From Elusimicrobiota bacterium (GTDB lineage: Bacteria > Elusimicrobiota > Elusimicrobia > F11), in assembly GCA_044221725.1 (NCBI GenBank), contig JBGAON010000001.1:96001-160000 (forward strand): a DNA stretch of 64,000 bases. The letters are read 5' to 3'. The notes beneath the pieces are model-generated. The model was not told the DNA's origin. It saw only the letters and a list, made by a program, of their open reading frames with translations, and did not search any database. Position numbers and translations under genes: made by a program. Positions 37,605-46,476 of the stretch are shown in pieces (the stretch's first letter is position 1; each line of letters begins with the position of its first letter).

Positions 37605-39370
37605 GAGACCGTCCCCGCAGGAACGGACGTTCGTTCGGAAGACGTTTGAGATGGACGGTTGTCCGTCGGACGGTTTTTCAGTTGAAAGGCGTTTAGACAG
37701 CGTTGAATTTTTTGGCAGTTGAATCGCAGATTGAGCAAGCAAGACGCTTTGTACCGCGTCATCGGGCCCTTCATAGATTCGGGTGGCAAATACTGCAACT
37801 GTTTCGGCGTGGGCGGGCTTTGGAGCCAGCGGCGGGATTTGTGCGCCGCCTCTTCTGTCTCATTGGAGTTCATCCAATCATCTGCGGAAGCCAAAGACGC
37901 GATGCGGTCGCCCACATAAAGAACATGCGGAAACTGCCCTTCAACTCCGCCGACGGCGTGCCAGAGCCCTCCGAGCGAATGCCCTTCGGGCGAACGCCCG
38001 TTCAAATTCATGACCAAGGCCCATGCGGTGAATCCCGTTGCCGCAAGAGTGGAGCCGTCACCGTTCACATCGCACCACTGAAACGAGGATCGATTCAACA
38101 GATCGATCTCCGTCATTTCAAAATCCTCCAAAACCTTTTTCTTCGAGCCCGGAAATTCATGGTTACAAAACGGGCATTCCCGAACCTGTATGGGGACCTC
38201 GGCCTCGCATTCGGGACAAATCTTGAGCAGAGGGATGCCGGACCGTTCCTCGTCCTTCTCTTTTTCAACGGAATCCAGATCAATATCCTGCTCCAACGAG
38301 CCGTGGGTGAGGGCGGAGGTGCCGAAATCGAGGATGACGCAATCGGTTTTGATCAGGCCGGGGAAGAGGTTGGGATCAATGGTTCGTAATCCACGACCCA
38401 CCATCTGTACAAACGTTGATTTGTGGGAACAAGGTCTCAGCAGCACGACGCAGGAAATCGGAGGGCAATCCCATCCTTCCGTCGCCACGGCCACGTTGAC
38501 CAAAACTTGCGAAACTCCCTCATGCAATCGGCGAAAAATATCCGCACGCTCATCCGAAGGCGTTTCTCCCGTCACCAACTCCGCCGAAACCCCCGCCTCC
38601 CTGAAGGCTTGCGCCACATGCGCGGCATGAAGCACCGTCGAACAGAAGACCACCGTCCGCCTGTCGCCGGCGTTTTCGCGCCAGTGCCGAATGATTGAAT
38701 CCGTGAGCGGTTTGTGATCCATGATGGAGGCCACTTCTGTCATGTCGAATTCAGAGGCCAACCGGCGCACCTGCTTTAATGAGTCTTGAACTCCCAGGTC
38801 GACGACATATGTGCGGGGCCGGACCAGATGTCCCGACGCAATCAATTCACTGATCGTAATCTGGTCGGCGCAATTGTCAAAAATGTCGCGTAACGGCTTT
38901 CCGTCGCCGCGAAGAGGCGTGGCGGTCACGCCGTAAACCTTCACTTGTGGATTCTTCTTTCGCGCGAAATCAATAATCCGTCGATACGTCGCCGCCTGGG
39001 CGTGATGAGCTTCATCGATAATGATCAGATCAACGGCGGGCATCTCCAGCAGGTTGTTTTCCCGCGCCAACGTTGGAACCATCGCGAACGTGACTTTTCC
39101 AGACCACGATTTGCTTTTCGAATCAACAACGGAAACGCTCATGTGGGGATTAATCTTCAAGAACTTCTCGATGTTCTGGCCGGTGATTTCATCCCGGTGA
39201 GCTAGGATGCAGGCCTTGCTGCCGTTCTCATCCAACATCTCACTGGCCACGGCGGCCAACATCAATGTCTTCCCGCTCGCTGTCGGAGCCACACCCAGCG
39301 TGTTCCCTCGATCTCGGAGTTTTTTGACGCTTCGGTTGACGAATATTTTTTGGCGAGGACGAAGGATCAT
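37601..39370 (-). CDS. SF2 DEAD/DEAH-box helicase with zinc ribbon
   Basis: APTASGKT, DEAHH, TATP, QMVGRGLR, CPEC..CPFC. Confidence 0.9.
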   Translation of the reverse strand: MILRPRQKIFVNRSVKKLRDRGNTLGVAPTASGKTLMLAAVASEMLDENGSKACILAHRDEITGQNIEKFLKINPHMSVSVVDSKSKSWSGKVTFAMVPTLARENNLLEMPAVDLIIIDEAHHAQAATYRRIIDFARKKNPQVKVYGVTATPLRGDGKPLRDIFDNCADQITISELIASGHLVRPRTYVVDLGVQDSLKQVRRLASEFDMTEVASIMDHKPLTDSIIRHWRENAGDRRTVVFCSTVLHAAHVAQAFREAGVSAELVTGETPSDERADIFRRLHEGVSQVLVNVAVATEGWDCPPISCVVLLRPCSHKSTFVQMVGRGLRTIDPNLFPGLIKTDCVILDFGTSALTHGSLEQDIDLDSVEKEKDEERSGIPLLKICPECEAEVPIQVRECPFCNHEFPGSKKKVLEDFEMTEIDLLNRSSFQWCDVNGDGSTLAATGFTAWALVMNLNGRSPEGHSLGGLWHAVGGVEGQFPHVLYVGDRIASLASADDWMNSNETEEAAHKSRRWLQSPPTPKQLQYLPPESMKGPMTRYKASCLLNLRFNCQKIQRCLNAFQLKNRPTDNRPSQTSSERTSVPAGTVS

Positions 39371-39413
39371 GGAACAGCACCTTCCTTCGCTCGCCCTTGT
39401 CCGGGCCGTCGCA

Positions 39414-39896
39414 TTAGAATTTTATTTCGGACTGATCCGGTGACGGTGAGGCCGGCGACGCCGGGGCTTTCGCCGGACCATCTGCTGTCACCGCTTGCGT
39501 TACGGGATCGCCATCCACGTAGAACTTGGAAATCCGGTTTCTTTTCTTTTTGTCGTATTCCTCGATCACCACGTGCGCCTTGCAATATTTGTGCACGTAC
39601 TCGTCGGTGTCGAAGTCGAGGCTTCCGTCGTAAGGAAGCCCCAAGGCATGATTGACCCTGAGCCAAATCCCGTGACCGGGTTCGCCTTTCGGAATAAAGG
39701 TCACGGTGTGAAAACACCGGCCCACGGTTTTACCCTCAAGCGTCATGATGGCGAAAACGAGATCAACCTTCTGACGTTTGGTTTCATTCGTGAGCCCATC
39801 TTCTTTTTCAATCACTTCGACGATGTAATCGTCCTCGGGAGCCAGGGTAAACCCGGCGCTTTCTTGGGATGCGTCCGCTTGAATTTGAACTCTCAT
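39414..39896 (-). CDS. Putative ssDNA-binding protein (DUF669-like)
   Basis: [19 protein letters not shown], Pro/Ala tail ending in F; follows Sak4-like gene. Confidence 0.65.
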   Translation of the reverse strand: MRVQIQADASQESAGFTLAPEDDYIVEVIEKEDGLTNETKRQKVDLVFAIMTLEGKTVGRCFHTVTFIPKGEPGHGIWLRVNHALGLPYDGSLDFDTDEYVHKYCKAHVVIEEYDKKKRNRISKFYVDGDPVTQAVTADGPAKAPASPASPSPDQSEIKF

Positions 39897-40687
39897 TTTT
39901 TTGATCCTCCTTGGGGTTTTGTTGACGTTTTTGTTTCGGCGGGAAGCGGCGGTTTTACGGGAGCGGGTTCCGATTTAAAGACGGCCTCGATGGCTGACCA
40001 CTGATTGGCTTTTGGCAACTCGATGACCCTGTCCTCGAGTTCGGGAATCCGGCTTCCGAAAGCGCCCAGCGGCCCGCCGCTGAAACTGACGAAATACTTC
40101 GTCGTGCCGGCCACCTGTTTCTTGTAACAGTGGCCGATCGCATCAGCGGCCGCCGCAATGAAACTAGCTCCCTTGCCCATGACGTTGATGCCCTGCGGCA
40201 CCACGACGACGCCGTTGGCATCGAGCTTGGGCTCTTTCGTATGGGCCAAGAGAACGATGAGCTTCCCGCTCGCTTTGAAATAGCCGACGAGCGCTTCGAT
40301 CCGCTTTCGGAGCTCCGCAAAGAGGCTCCAAGAATCAACGCCTTGCTTGCGCTCAAGGATATTCTCGAGTCCAGCGGCTCGCGCAACCTCGTCTTCCAGC
40401 ATCGACGCCACGGAATCAAGCGTGTCGATGACGATGCACCGAACGTCTGCGGCCGCAACCGCCGCTTTGAGAACGCTCCTGAAATCAGGGAGCGTTGCAA
40501 CTTCCGCTATGCGGCCGCTGACTCTGTCCGCTCCGCCTTTTTCCATCTCAATAATGATGGAGTCTTTGATGCTCGAACCTAATGTGGTCTTACCGACCTT
40601 CTGCATGCCCACAAAGATGAACAGCCCCTCTGTCGGCATGCCCGTCTTGCGCTTGTCGCGCCATTGCGGCAATGTCGTGTCCTCCAT
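39893..40687 (-). CDS. Sak4-like AAA_24 ATPase (single-strand annealing)
   Basis: [21 protein letters not shown]. Confidence 0.75.
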   Translation of the reverse strand: MEDTTLPQWRDKRKTGMPTEGLFIFVGMQKVGKTTLGSSIKDSIIIEMEKGGADRVSGRIAEVATLPDFRSVLKAAVAAADVRCIVIDTLDSVASMLEDEVARAAGLENILERKQGVDSWSLFAELRKRIEALVGYFKASGKLIVLLAHTKEPKLDANGVVVVPQGINVMGKGASFIAAAADAIGHCYKKQVAGTTKYFVSFSGGPLGAFGSRIPELEDRVIELPKANQWSAIEAVFKSEPAPVKPPLPAETKTSTKPQGGSKK

Positions 40688-41258
40688 TGTTTCCTCCTAT
40701 GATGTGTTTCCATCGCTCTCTCTTAATGATCCTCGCTATGGGGGTTGGCCCCATCCCGTACATCTGCGCGAGTTTGAGATAGGTGTAATGTCCCGTGGCG
40801 TAGAGCGCCCGTATTTCGACAACCTGTTTTTCATTCAATTTGGCGCAGTAATGATCGGACCCGTGGGATAAATTTTCGGGATGGCGGCGCGAGGGACTCA
40901 TGTCTCCTCGAAGAAGCCGCTCGGGATGAAGCCTGGATCCGTTCCGGTCGCCTTTGGCTTGCCTGTTCTTAAAGTCTCGGTCGCGGATGTTGTCGATCTC
41001 CGTTCCAATCCAGAGATGGTCGGGGCGGACGCAGGGCGGGTTGTCGCATTTGTGCAACACGCACATGCCCGGCGGAATCGGACCCCGCTCAAATGTCCAC
41101 GACGCGCGGTGGGCACGCCAATTTCTTCCGTCCATCTTGAACTTGCCGTAACCCCGCTTGCTCCTCGCGCGGAGCCATTCCCAACATCCGCTTGTCCGGT
41201 TGACGTTTCGCCAAAACCGAATCTCGTGGGCAATCCGTGGAAAAACGCCTTTTGGCAT
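40590..41258 (-). CDS. HNH homing-type endonuclease with C-terminal HTH
   Basis: CWEW, GYG, AHRASW, VLHKCDNPPCVRPDHL..N. Confidence 0.85.
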   Translation of the reverse strand: MPKGVFPRIAHEIRFWRNVNRTSGCWEWLRARSKRGYGKFKMDGRNWRAHRASWTFERGPIPPGMCVLHKCDNPPCVRPDHLWIGTEIDNIRDRDFKNRQAKGDRNGSRLHPERLLRGDMSPSRRHPENLSHGSDHYCAKLNEKQVVEIRALYATGHYTYLKLAQMYGMGPTPIARIIKRERWKHIIGGNNGGHDIAAMARQAQDGHADRGAVHLCGHAEGR

Positions 41259-41264
41259 AGCGAC

Positions 41265-42053
41265 CTAAAACGCCTCGTATTGCGGCTTCTCAAGCGCGTC
41301 TTTAAGCGTCTTCGCCGCCAGGAAGGCCCGGAAACTCAAGGCCAGATCAGCCACAGTCTTCACTTCGAATTCATAAGGCGGTTTTTTCCCGAGCCGGAGA
41401 ATGAGCGCTTGGTCACAGGTGATTCCGTAGGTTTCCGAGAGGGCCTGGGAATATGCCGCCACTTGCAAGGCAAATTCCGGCCAGCATCCCGACGAGGTTT
41501 TCAGATCAATCAAGACGTATTTGCCGTTTCGAAATCCCAGCGCGTCCAGAGATCCGGCGTATTGATAGACCAGGCTCGCCACCTTGGTGTCGCCCAGCAC
41601 AATTTCGATGCCGGAATGTTTCCACCAGGCAAGAAACGCCTCGACGGGTGCTTTGATCTCGTCCGGGATCGCGTCGTGCTTCTGGCCTTTCACGATTTGA
41701 TCAACGGTGGAGTGAACTCGGGTTCCAAGATCGGCGGCGGCGTCTTTGATTTGATCCGGCTTCTTTCTCGCGCTGGCGATGACGCTTTGGATCCACGACT
41801 TGTCCAGCGTGATTTGCGCGGAGTCTTGGCCGTTCAGCTGTTTAAGAAGCTCTCCTTCGACGGAAACCACCGCTTCTCTTGCGGCCCAGTTAACAAGCGC
41901 GGGTTTTGCAATGACGCCCAAATAACCGGTGACGCTTTCAAGTCGGTGCACGACTCCTTCTTTCTCAGCTCGATAAATGTGTTTCCGGCCTTCGATGGTC
42001 ATCGTGATGGGGAATATCGGCGTCAACATGGGCGGACGAGAGGAGAGACGCAT
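41265..42053 (-). CDS. PD-(D/E)XK exonuclease
   Basis: SVT..L..IAKPAL..W, GTRVH, YAGSLD, IDLKTS, LQVAAY. Confidence 0.8.
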   Translation of the reverse strand: MRLSSRPPMLTPIFPITMTIEGRKHIYRAEKEGVVHRLESVTGYLGVIAKPALVNWAAREAVVSVEGELLKQLNGQDSAQITLDKSWIQSVIASARKKPDQIKDAAADLGTRVHSTVDQIVKGQKHDAIPDEIKAPVEAFLAWWKHSGIEIVLGDTKVASLVYQYAGSLDALGFRNGKYVLIDLKTSSGCWPEFALQVAAYSQALSETYGITCDQALILRLGKKPPYEFEVKTVADLALSFRAFLAAKTLKDALEKPQYEAF

Positions 42054-42368
42054 TTACGCCCCCGTTGACCCGACATCGGATGGAGATTTCATCGCTTTGG
42101 TGAGAAGGCGCTCCACGCGAAATCCTTCCTCTCCGAACTCTCTAGAAACGGTCGCCGTGAAGAGCTGAGCGAGGTGTTTCCCAACGTCGGTTGATTTGTC
42201 GATGATCACGATCCTCTGATGACGGTCGAAGCAAAAAGAACTGTCCAAGCGGAACCGCGCCTTCCCGAAAATGCTTTCGGTATTGAAGGCCGACCAAAAA
42301 AGGCACTCCTCGATCTCTTTGACCGGAGTGCTCTCTCGAAAGATGAATTTGTAAACGCCGTTATCCAT
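42054..42368 (-). CDS. Hypothetical protein
   Basis: 104-aa ORF directly after sigma-like gene, abutting the next gene. Confidence 0.7.
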   Translation of the reverse strand: MDNGVYKFIFRESTPVKEIEECLFWSAFNTESIFGKARFRLDSSFCFDRHQRIVIIDKSTDVGKHLAQLFTATVSREFGEEGFRVERLLTKAMKSPSDVGSTGA

Positions 42369-42376
42369 AAGGGGTC

Positions 42377-42416
42377 CTACTTATCCTCTATCCCTTTCGC
42401 GGAAAAATTTTCCGGT
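42377..42416 (-). promoter_or_regulatory. 40-bp promoter-like repeat, copy 1 (faces replication operon)
   Basis: ACCGGAAAATTTTTCCGCGAAAGGGATAGAGGATAAGTAG, 35/40 identical to 44437-44476. Confidence 0.7.
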
Positions 42417-43007
42417 TGGCTGGGGGCAGACGGAAAATAATCTTTCAATCTCTCATCTTCCGCGAGGATCCGGCCCATGCGATGGAATTCAGCCTGCAGG
42501 GTGGTTCGGGGCTTTTTTATGAGGCGGCTGATTTCGATGGGCGAATAGCCCGCAATAATTAAGGAACCGATCTCGCGCTGTTCCTTGTTAAGCCGGCGGA
42601 ACATACGTTCGGCGTCATAAAGGAAGTCGGTGTCGGAGAAGGGGCAGGTTGGGCGTCCGCCTAAGCGGCTCGATTCCGAGATGCTTTCGGAGAGTGGCTG
42701 GCGATCTCCATCCTGGTTTTGGATCTCCTGATCCAATGACATGGTTACACACCCGCGACCGCGTTTCAGTGCATCGCGGAGTCTCATCAATTGGAGGATG
42801 GCTTTGTCGAGGATGAAACTTAGGAACTTCTCCTGAGAAGCGCTCGATGCGTGGTCGGGCCGATAGAGCCCGCGCCTTTCAACGATGAAAATTAAAAGTT
42901 GTTGTTCCATGTCTTGGCCATCCTCCTTTGTCAGCCGGAATTTTCGTTTCGCCGCCTCACTCTTTTTTTTTCGCCATCCTCAGTTCCATCTCCGTCAGTT
43001 CTTTCAC
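42377..43007 (-). CDS. ECF/sigma70-like factor, interrupted by a frameshift in an A9 run (intact part 42377-42910)
   Basis: Region-2-like DMEQQLL..Y.P..FLSFI, SLD, region-4 HTH GYSPIEISRLIKKPRTTL; AGGAGG+GTG at 43007 joins in frame only if the run is A8. Confidence 0.7.
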
Positions 43008-43045
43008 GGTTATTCCTCCTGTGGTTTGATTTGTGCCGGTCGGGA

Positions 43046-43116
43046 CAAAAAAATAGGGGCTGCTGGCATCTCGAGAATTTCTCGAGGTTGCCAACAGCCC
43101 CCGTCTTTCGGTCGGC
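43046..43116 (-). terminator. Long-stem intrinsic terminator with overlapping alternative hairpin (element A)
   Basis: Minus strand GGGGCTGTTGGCA..CTCGAGAAATTCTCGAG..TGCCAGCAGCCCC-TATTTTTTT; 5' GCC-GA-CCG-AAAGA-CGG-G-GGC overlaps the stem base. Confidence 0.75.
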
Positions 43117-43161
43117 CGTCGGTCACTAAAAAATGTGATGAGAATTATTTTTTGATTGGCT

Positions 43162-43506
43162 TTATTTTGGGATGCTCCTTTGCTTCTGTCTTTCGCAAAT
43201 GCGAATGGGAGTTCGGTTTTGAACGCAGATCTTCGATAGAGTGATCGTCTTTCCCTTGCAGTAAGTCATCAACCGGTGCCATTCCGGCGAAATCGGATGA
43301 CTGGCGTCAAACGGTGAATTGGATTTGCTTAGGTTCTCGATGAGGCAAGAAGTTTCCATGTCGAAAACCGGTCGAGGCAAGCCAGCTACGATCTCAAGGC
43401 CCAGAATTTCTCCAAAGTAAAGTTGATGGGAAGCTCGGATAACCACCTGCCATTCCGAAGGGAGATCATTAATAAGGACAGGACGGGCGGTTGGGGAGGG
43501 GATCAT
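43162..43506 (-). CDS. Hypothetical protein with two helix+beta-hairpin units (DUF2292-like by eye)
   Basis: PSEWQVVI..YFGEILGLEIVAGLP and SPEWHRLM..LSKICVQNRTP; directly upstream of element A. Confidence 0.55.
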   Translation of the reverse strand: MIPSPTARPVLINDLPSEWQVVIRASHQLYFGEILGLEIVAGLPRPVFDMETSCLIENLSKSNSPFDASHPISPEWHRLMTYCKGKTITLSKICVQNRTPIRICERQKQRSIPK

Positions 43507-43514
43507 GATGGGTG

Positions 43515-43757
43515 TTACCGCCCCGTGATCACAAAGAGGTCGTCAAATTGAAAAAATGGATGGCCTTCGATTTTCTGGGTTGCGTTCAATGCGGCTAGGA
43601 TTCGGGTTCGCACTTCTGGAGAGGGCATTCTTTTTCGCGTCATCAATTGCGACATGTAAGGACTGCTGATGTGCGCTCGGCGGGCGAAGGAGTTATAGGA
43701 TAAGTTCTTTTTCGCCAGGAGCCGTTTCAGGGTTAGGGTTTTAAGTCGAACGGTCAC
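43515..43757 (-). CDS. Cro-like XRE HTH regulator
   Basis: KNLSYNSFARRAHISSPYMSQLM..PS; GGAGG RBS; divergent from repressor. Confidence 0.8.
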   Translation of the reverse strand: MTVRLKTLTLKRLLAKKNLSYNSFARRAHISSPYMSQLMTRKRMPSPEVRTRILAALNATQKIEGHPFFQFDDLFVITGR

Positions 43758-43778
43758 GAAATCCTCCTGTCAATAACA

Positions 43779-43879
43779 TGCTATCTTCTGATAGCAAACC
43801 TTATAGCACAGGAAAACAAGCGTTGTAAAGGCGTTTGATAATTATCTGCTTGCAACAGATAGCAAGACTTTATTAGACT
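43779..43879. promoter_or_regulatory. Immunity switch: two 18-bp operators and divergent promoters
   Basis: TGCTATCTTCTGATAGCA (43779-43796), TGCTTGCAACAGATAGCA (43847-43864); leftward TTTACA-18-TATAAG with TG extension; rightward TTGCAA-18-TAGACT ending 6 nt before repressor ATG (probably leaderless). Confidence 0.65.
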
Positions 43880-43885
43880 CCCTTC

Positions 43886-44386
43886 ATGACAACACGAAAG
43901 ATTGACGAAAAACCAGGTTTACAGGACCGGCGGACAAAAACGGTGCCCCCATCAGAAAGAGGGCCTCGTGCCTACTTGCGGGATGAAAAAAGAAAGGGCC
44001 CAAAAGAAAGACGGGCTCATCCGCGCCCTCATCCAAGCAACTTGGCCGGTTTCCTTAAAAGATTGAGGATGGAACGGGGATTTACTCTGCGACAAGCCGG
44101 TAGCGAGATGGGAATCAACGATGCGTATCTTTGGCAACTTGAAAACGGAAAACGAGAAATACCTCGTCCAGACACCCTGGAGAAGTTGGCGAATGGCTAT
44201 GGCATTCCCCATGATTATCTTTTGCGAATGGTGGGGTACCTAAAAAATCAGGACGCCTATTTCAAAGGCATCGATGAGATGCAGACTTCATACCTCTTTC
44301 GTGATTATCAAAAGTTGTCTAATGAAGGTAAGAAGAAGCTGGAAAGTTTTTTGCGATTCCTACAAAAGGAAGACAAAAAAGAGTGA
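43886..44386 (+). CDS. CI-like XRE repressor without S24 peptidase domain
   Basis: LKRLRMERGFTLRQ..YLWQLENG..P..TLEKLA. Confidence 0.8.
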   Translation: MTTRKIDEKPGLQDRRTKTVPPSERGPRAYLRDEKRKGPKERRAHPRPHPSNLAGFLKRLRMERGFTLRQAGSEMGINDAYLWQLENGKREIPRPDTLEKLANGYGIPHDYLLRMVGYLKNQDAYFKGIDEMQTSYLFRDYQKLSNEGKKKLESFLRFLQKEDKKE

Positions 44387-44436
44387 ACCCGCTTCAACGA
44401 CATTTCCTCTCCCTGCTCTGCTGGTAGTTCCTTCCG

Positions 44437-44476
44437 ACCGGAAAATTTTTCCACGAAATGGATAGATCATAAGTAA
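44437..44476 (+). promoter_or_regulatory. 40-bp promoter-like repeat, copy 2 (faces small ORF and integrase)
   Basis: ACCGGAAAATTTTTCCACGAAATGGATAGATCATAAGTAA. Confidence 0.7.
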
Positions 44477-44496
44477 GAGCCTTCGCGCTCCTACTT

Positions 44497-44679
44497 ATGG
44501 GAACTTCATACCGCCGTATTGATCCGGGGAACATGACCCCGCAAGAACGCTTAAACCGAATCGTGGAATTGTTGGCGGCAGCCTCCGTCCGCCTTGCCGA
44601 AGATGAGATGGGATTAAAGCCCACTGAACCAGTCTCCGATTTGAAACCCGATAGTGTTCTCCAAGCGGAATCCGCTTGA
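44497..44679 (+). CDS. Small protein upstream of integrase (candidate directionality factor)
   Basis: MTPQERLNRIVELLAAASVRL helix; position only, function inferred. Confidence 0.5.
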   Translation: MGTSYRRIDPGNMTPQERLNRIVELLAAASVRLAEDEMGLKPTEPVSDLKPDSVLQAESA

Positions 44680-44732
44680 TCTCCTTGCCAGAAGGAAGGT
44701 AGTCCTATCAAGGGAGCGCTACTGGAGAACCT

Positions 44733-46361
44733 ATGAAAAGCCCTGTTGAACAAAAACCCACCACCTTGTTGTGCGCGGTTTACACGCGTAAATCCACCGA
44801 CGAGAATCTGAATACGGGTTTTACCTCGCTTGATTCGCAGCGCGAGTACTGTCAGGCATTTGTTAAAAGTCGGGAAGGCGAAGGTTGGCGCGTCCACGCC
44901 GAGGAATACAACGATCCGGGATTCTCAGGCGGCAATATGAACCGCCCAGGTTTAAGAAAACTTCTCGCCGATGCTCGCGCCAGAAAATTTCAGGTCGTAG
45001 TTTGCTACAAGTACGATCGGCTAAGTCGCAACACAAAAGATTTTCTTCAAATCCTCGAAGTTTTTGACCGAAGCGGCGTCGCCTTTGTTTCGGTCACCCA
45101 ACCCATCGATACCACCTCTTCCGTCGGAAGATTGATGAGAAGCATCCTTATGGATTTTTCGCAATTCGAGCGCGAGATGATTGCGGAGCGCACCAGAGAC
45201 AAACTTCACGCCATGGCTCAAAAAGGAAAACGCACGGGCGGCTGGCCCGTCATCGGCTACAACATCGATAGCGAAAACCGGAAGTTATCGGTCAACGCCG
45301 AAGAAGGGCTGTGTGTGCGGGAGATGTTTGAAGCCTATCTTCGGACGTTGTCCTTAAGCCAAGCGGCTCAATATTTGAATGAGAAGGGCTATCGGATGAA
45401 GGAATGGATCACCCACAGCAAGAAGCGTCGGGGAGGGCAAAAATTCAACAAGGCCAGCCTGTGGTATCTTCTGCAGAATCCGCTTTATGTCGGGAAGATA
45501 ACGCACCGTCGGCAGGTTCTGCCCGGCGAGCATGAGGCCATTATTTCGCAGGAGATTTTTGACGCCGCGCAAAAGGCTCTTCGCGCCAACGGCAATGGAA
45601 CGAAGAACAAACACGTCCAAGAACGGAAGCGCGATTTTCTTTTGCGCGGACTGATGGAATGCGCCACCTGCAAGACCTCGATGACGCCGAGCTCGGCATT
45701 ACCGAGGAGCAGGCGGGGCGTATCCTATGAGCGCTTCTACTATTACAAATGCCTGTCGGTCGTGAAGATGAATAAATCGGCCTGCAAGATCAGACATGTG
45801 TCGGCGAAATCAATAGAGGAATATGTCGTCAAACGATTGGAATTGCTGAGCGAAAATCAGGAGATTGTGGAACAGATCGTGGCTGAGGCCCAGTCGACAA
45901 CCAGTCAGGAGCTTCCGATTAAGCGGGATGAAAGAAAACGGCTGGCCGCGGAACTGGGAAAACTCGAACTGCAAGCCAAGAGCCTCGTCATGGTCCTCGC
46001 TGATGAAGGGCCAACTTCGTCTATGCGATCTTATGTGAGAGACCAATTGGCCGAGATCGAGGCAAAGAAACAGGAGAGCGGCCCGCGGGTTGCCTCACTT
46101 GATCTTGAAATCGAACGGTTGGAAAAGCGCCAGATCGACGCTAACGTCGTGCGTCGGAATCTTGGCAACTTCCTCAAACTCTTCGCAAAAATGTCCGGCG
46201 ACGAGCGGCAGGAAATGATGGGGCTGCTGGTGGGTCGTGTGATCTACGACGGAGAAAAGTCTCGGGTTCGCATCGCCCTCCGCCCCCTGCCTGAAGCCTG
46301 GGGCGACCTAGATTACCTGGAAGGCGTTTTCTACGACCGTCAAACATCTCTGCCGGACTAG
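44733..46361 (+). CDS. Large serine recombinase (integrase)
   Basis: YTRKST catalytic Ser, YDRLSR, FERE.I.ERT, NPLYVG, HEAIIS, Zn ribbon CATC..YYKC..C, coiled coil. Confidence 0.95.
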   Translation: MKSPVEQKPTTLLCAVYTRKSTDENLNTGFTSLDSQREYCQAFVKSREGEGWRVHAEEYNDPGFSGGNMNRPGLRKLLADARARKFQVVVCYKYDRLSRNTKDFLQILEVFDRSGVAFVSVTQPIDTTSSVGRLMRSILMDFSQFEREMIAERTRDKLHAMAQKGKRTGGWPVIGYNIDSENRKLSVNAEEGLCVREMFEAYLRTLSLSQAAQYLNEKGYRMKEWITHSKKRRGGQKFNKASLWYLLQNPLYVGKITHRRQVLPGEHEAIISQEIFDAAQKALRANGNGTKNKHVQERKRDFLLRGLMECATCKTSMTPSSALPRSRRGVSYERFYYYKCLSVVKMNKSACKIRHVSAKSIEEYVVKRLELLSENQEIVEQIVAEAQSTTSQELPIKRDERKRLAAELGKLELQAKSLVMVLADEGPTSSMRSYVRDQLAEIEAKKQESGPRVASLDLEIERLEKRQIDANVVRRNLGNFLKLFAKMSGDERQEMMGLLVGRVIYDGEKSRVRIALRPLPEAWGDLDYLEGVFYDRQTSLPD

Positions 46362-46420
46362 GATTCGAACCTAGACGAGCAGATTCAGAGTCTGCCATCC
46401 TACCATTAGATGATCCGGCA
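46350..46420 (-). tRNA. tRNA-Gln(CTG), CCA not encoded
   Basis: Acceptor TGCCGGA/TCCGGCA, anticodon arm GCAGA-CTCTGAA-TCTGC, T arm CTAGG-TTCGAAT-CCTAG. Confidence 0.95.
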
Positions 46421-46476
46421 AAAGTGGGACGGGTATGATTATAAATGATCGTGATATACTCTGACACCGAAATCCC

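Larger units (their letters stand above)
2545..46361. mobile_element. Siphovirus-type prophage integrated at tRNA-Gln (left boundary uncertain)
   Basis: Contiguous integrase, immunity, replication, packaging, head, tail and lysis modules; integrase ends inside the tRNA 3' end; host REP-like repeats not seen in this span. Confidence 0.9.

Noticed and set aside
40590..41258. Group I intron or intein around the HNH gene
   Set aside because: Flanking genes are separate intact ORFs and there is no space for ribozyme structure
2545..46361. Stop-codon reassignment in the phage
   Set aside because: Genes are full length and tightly packed under the standard code; the one break is a homopolymer frameshift
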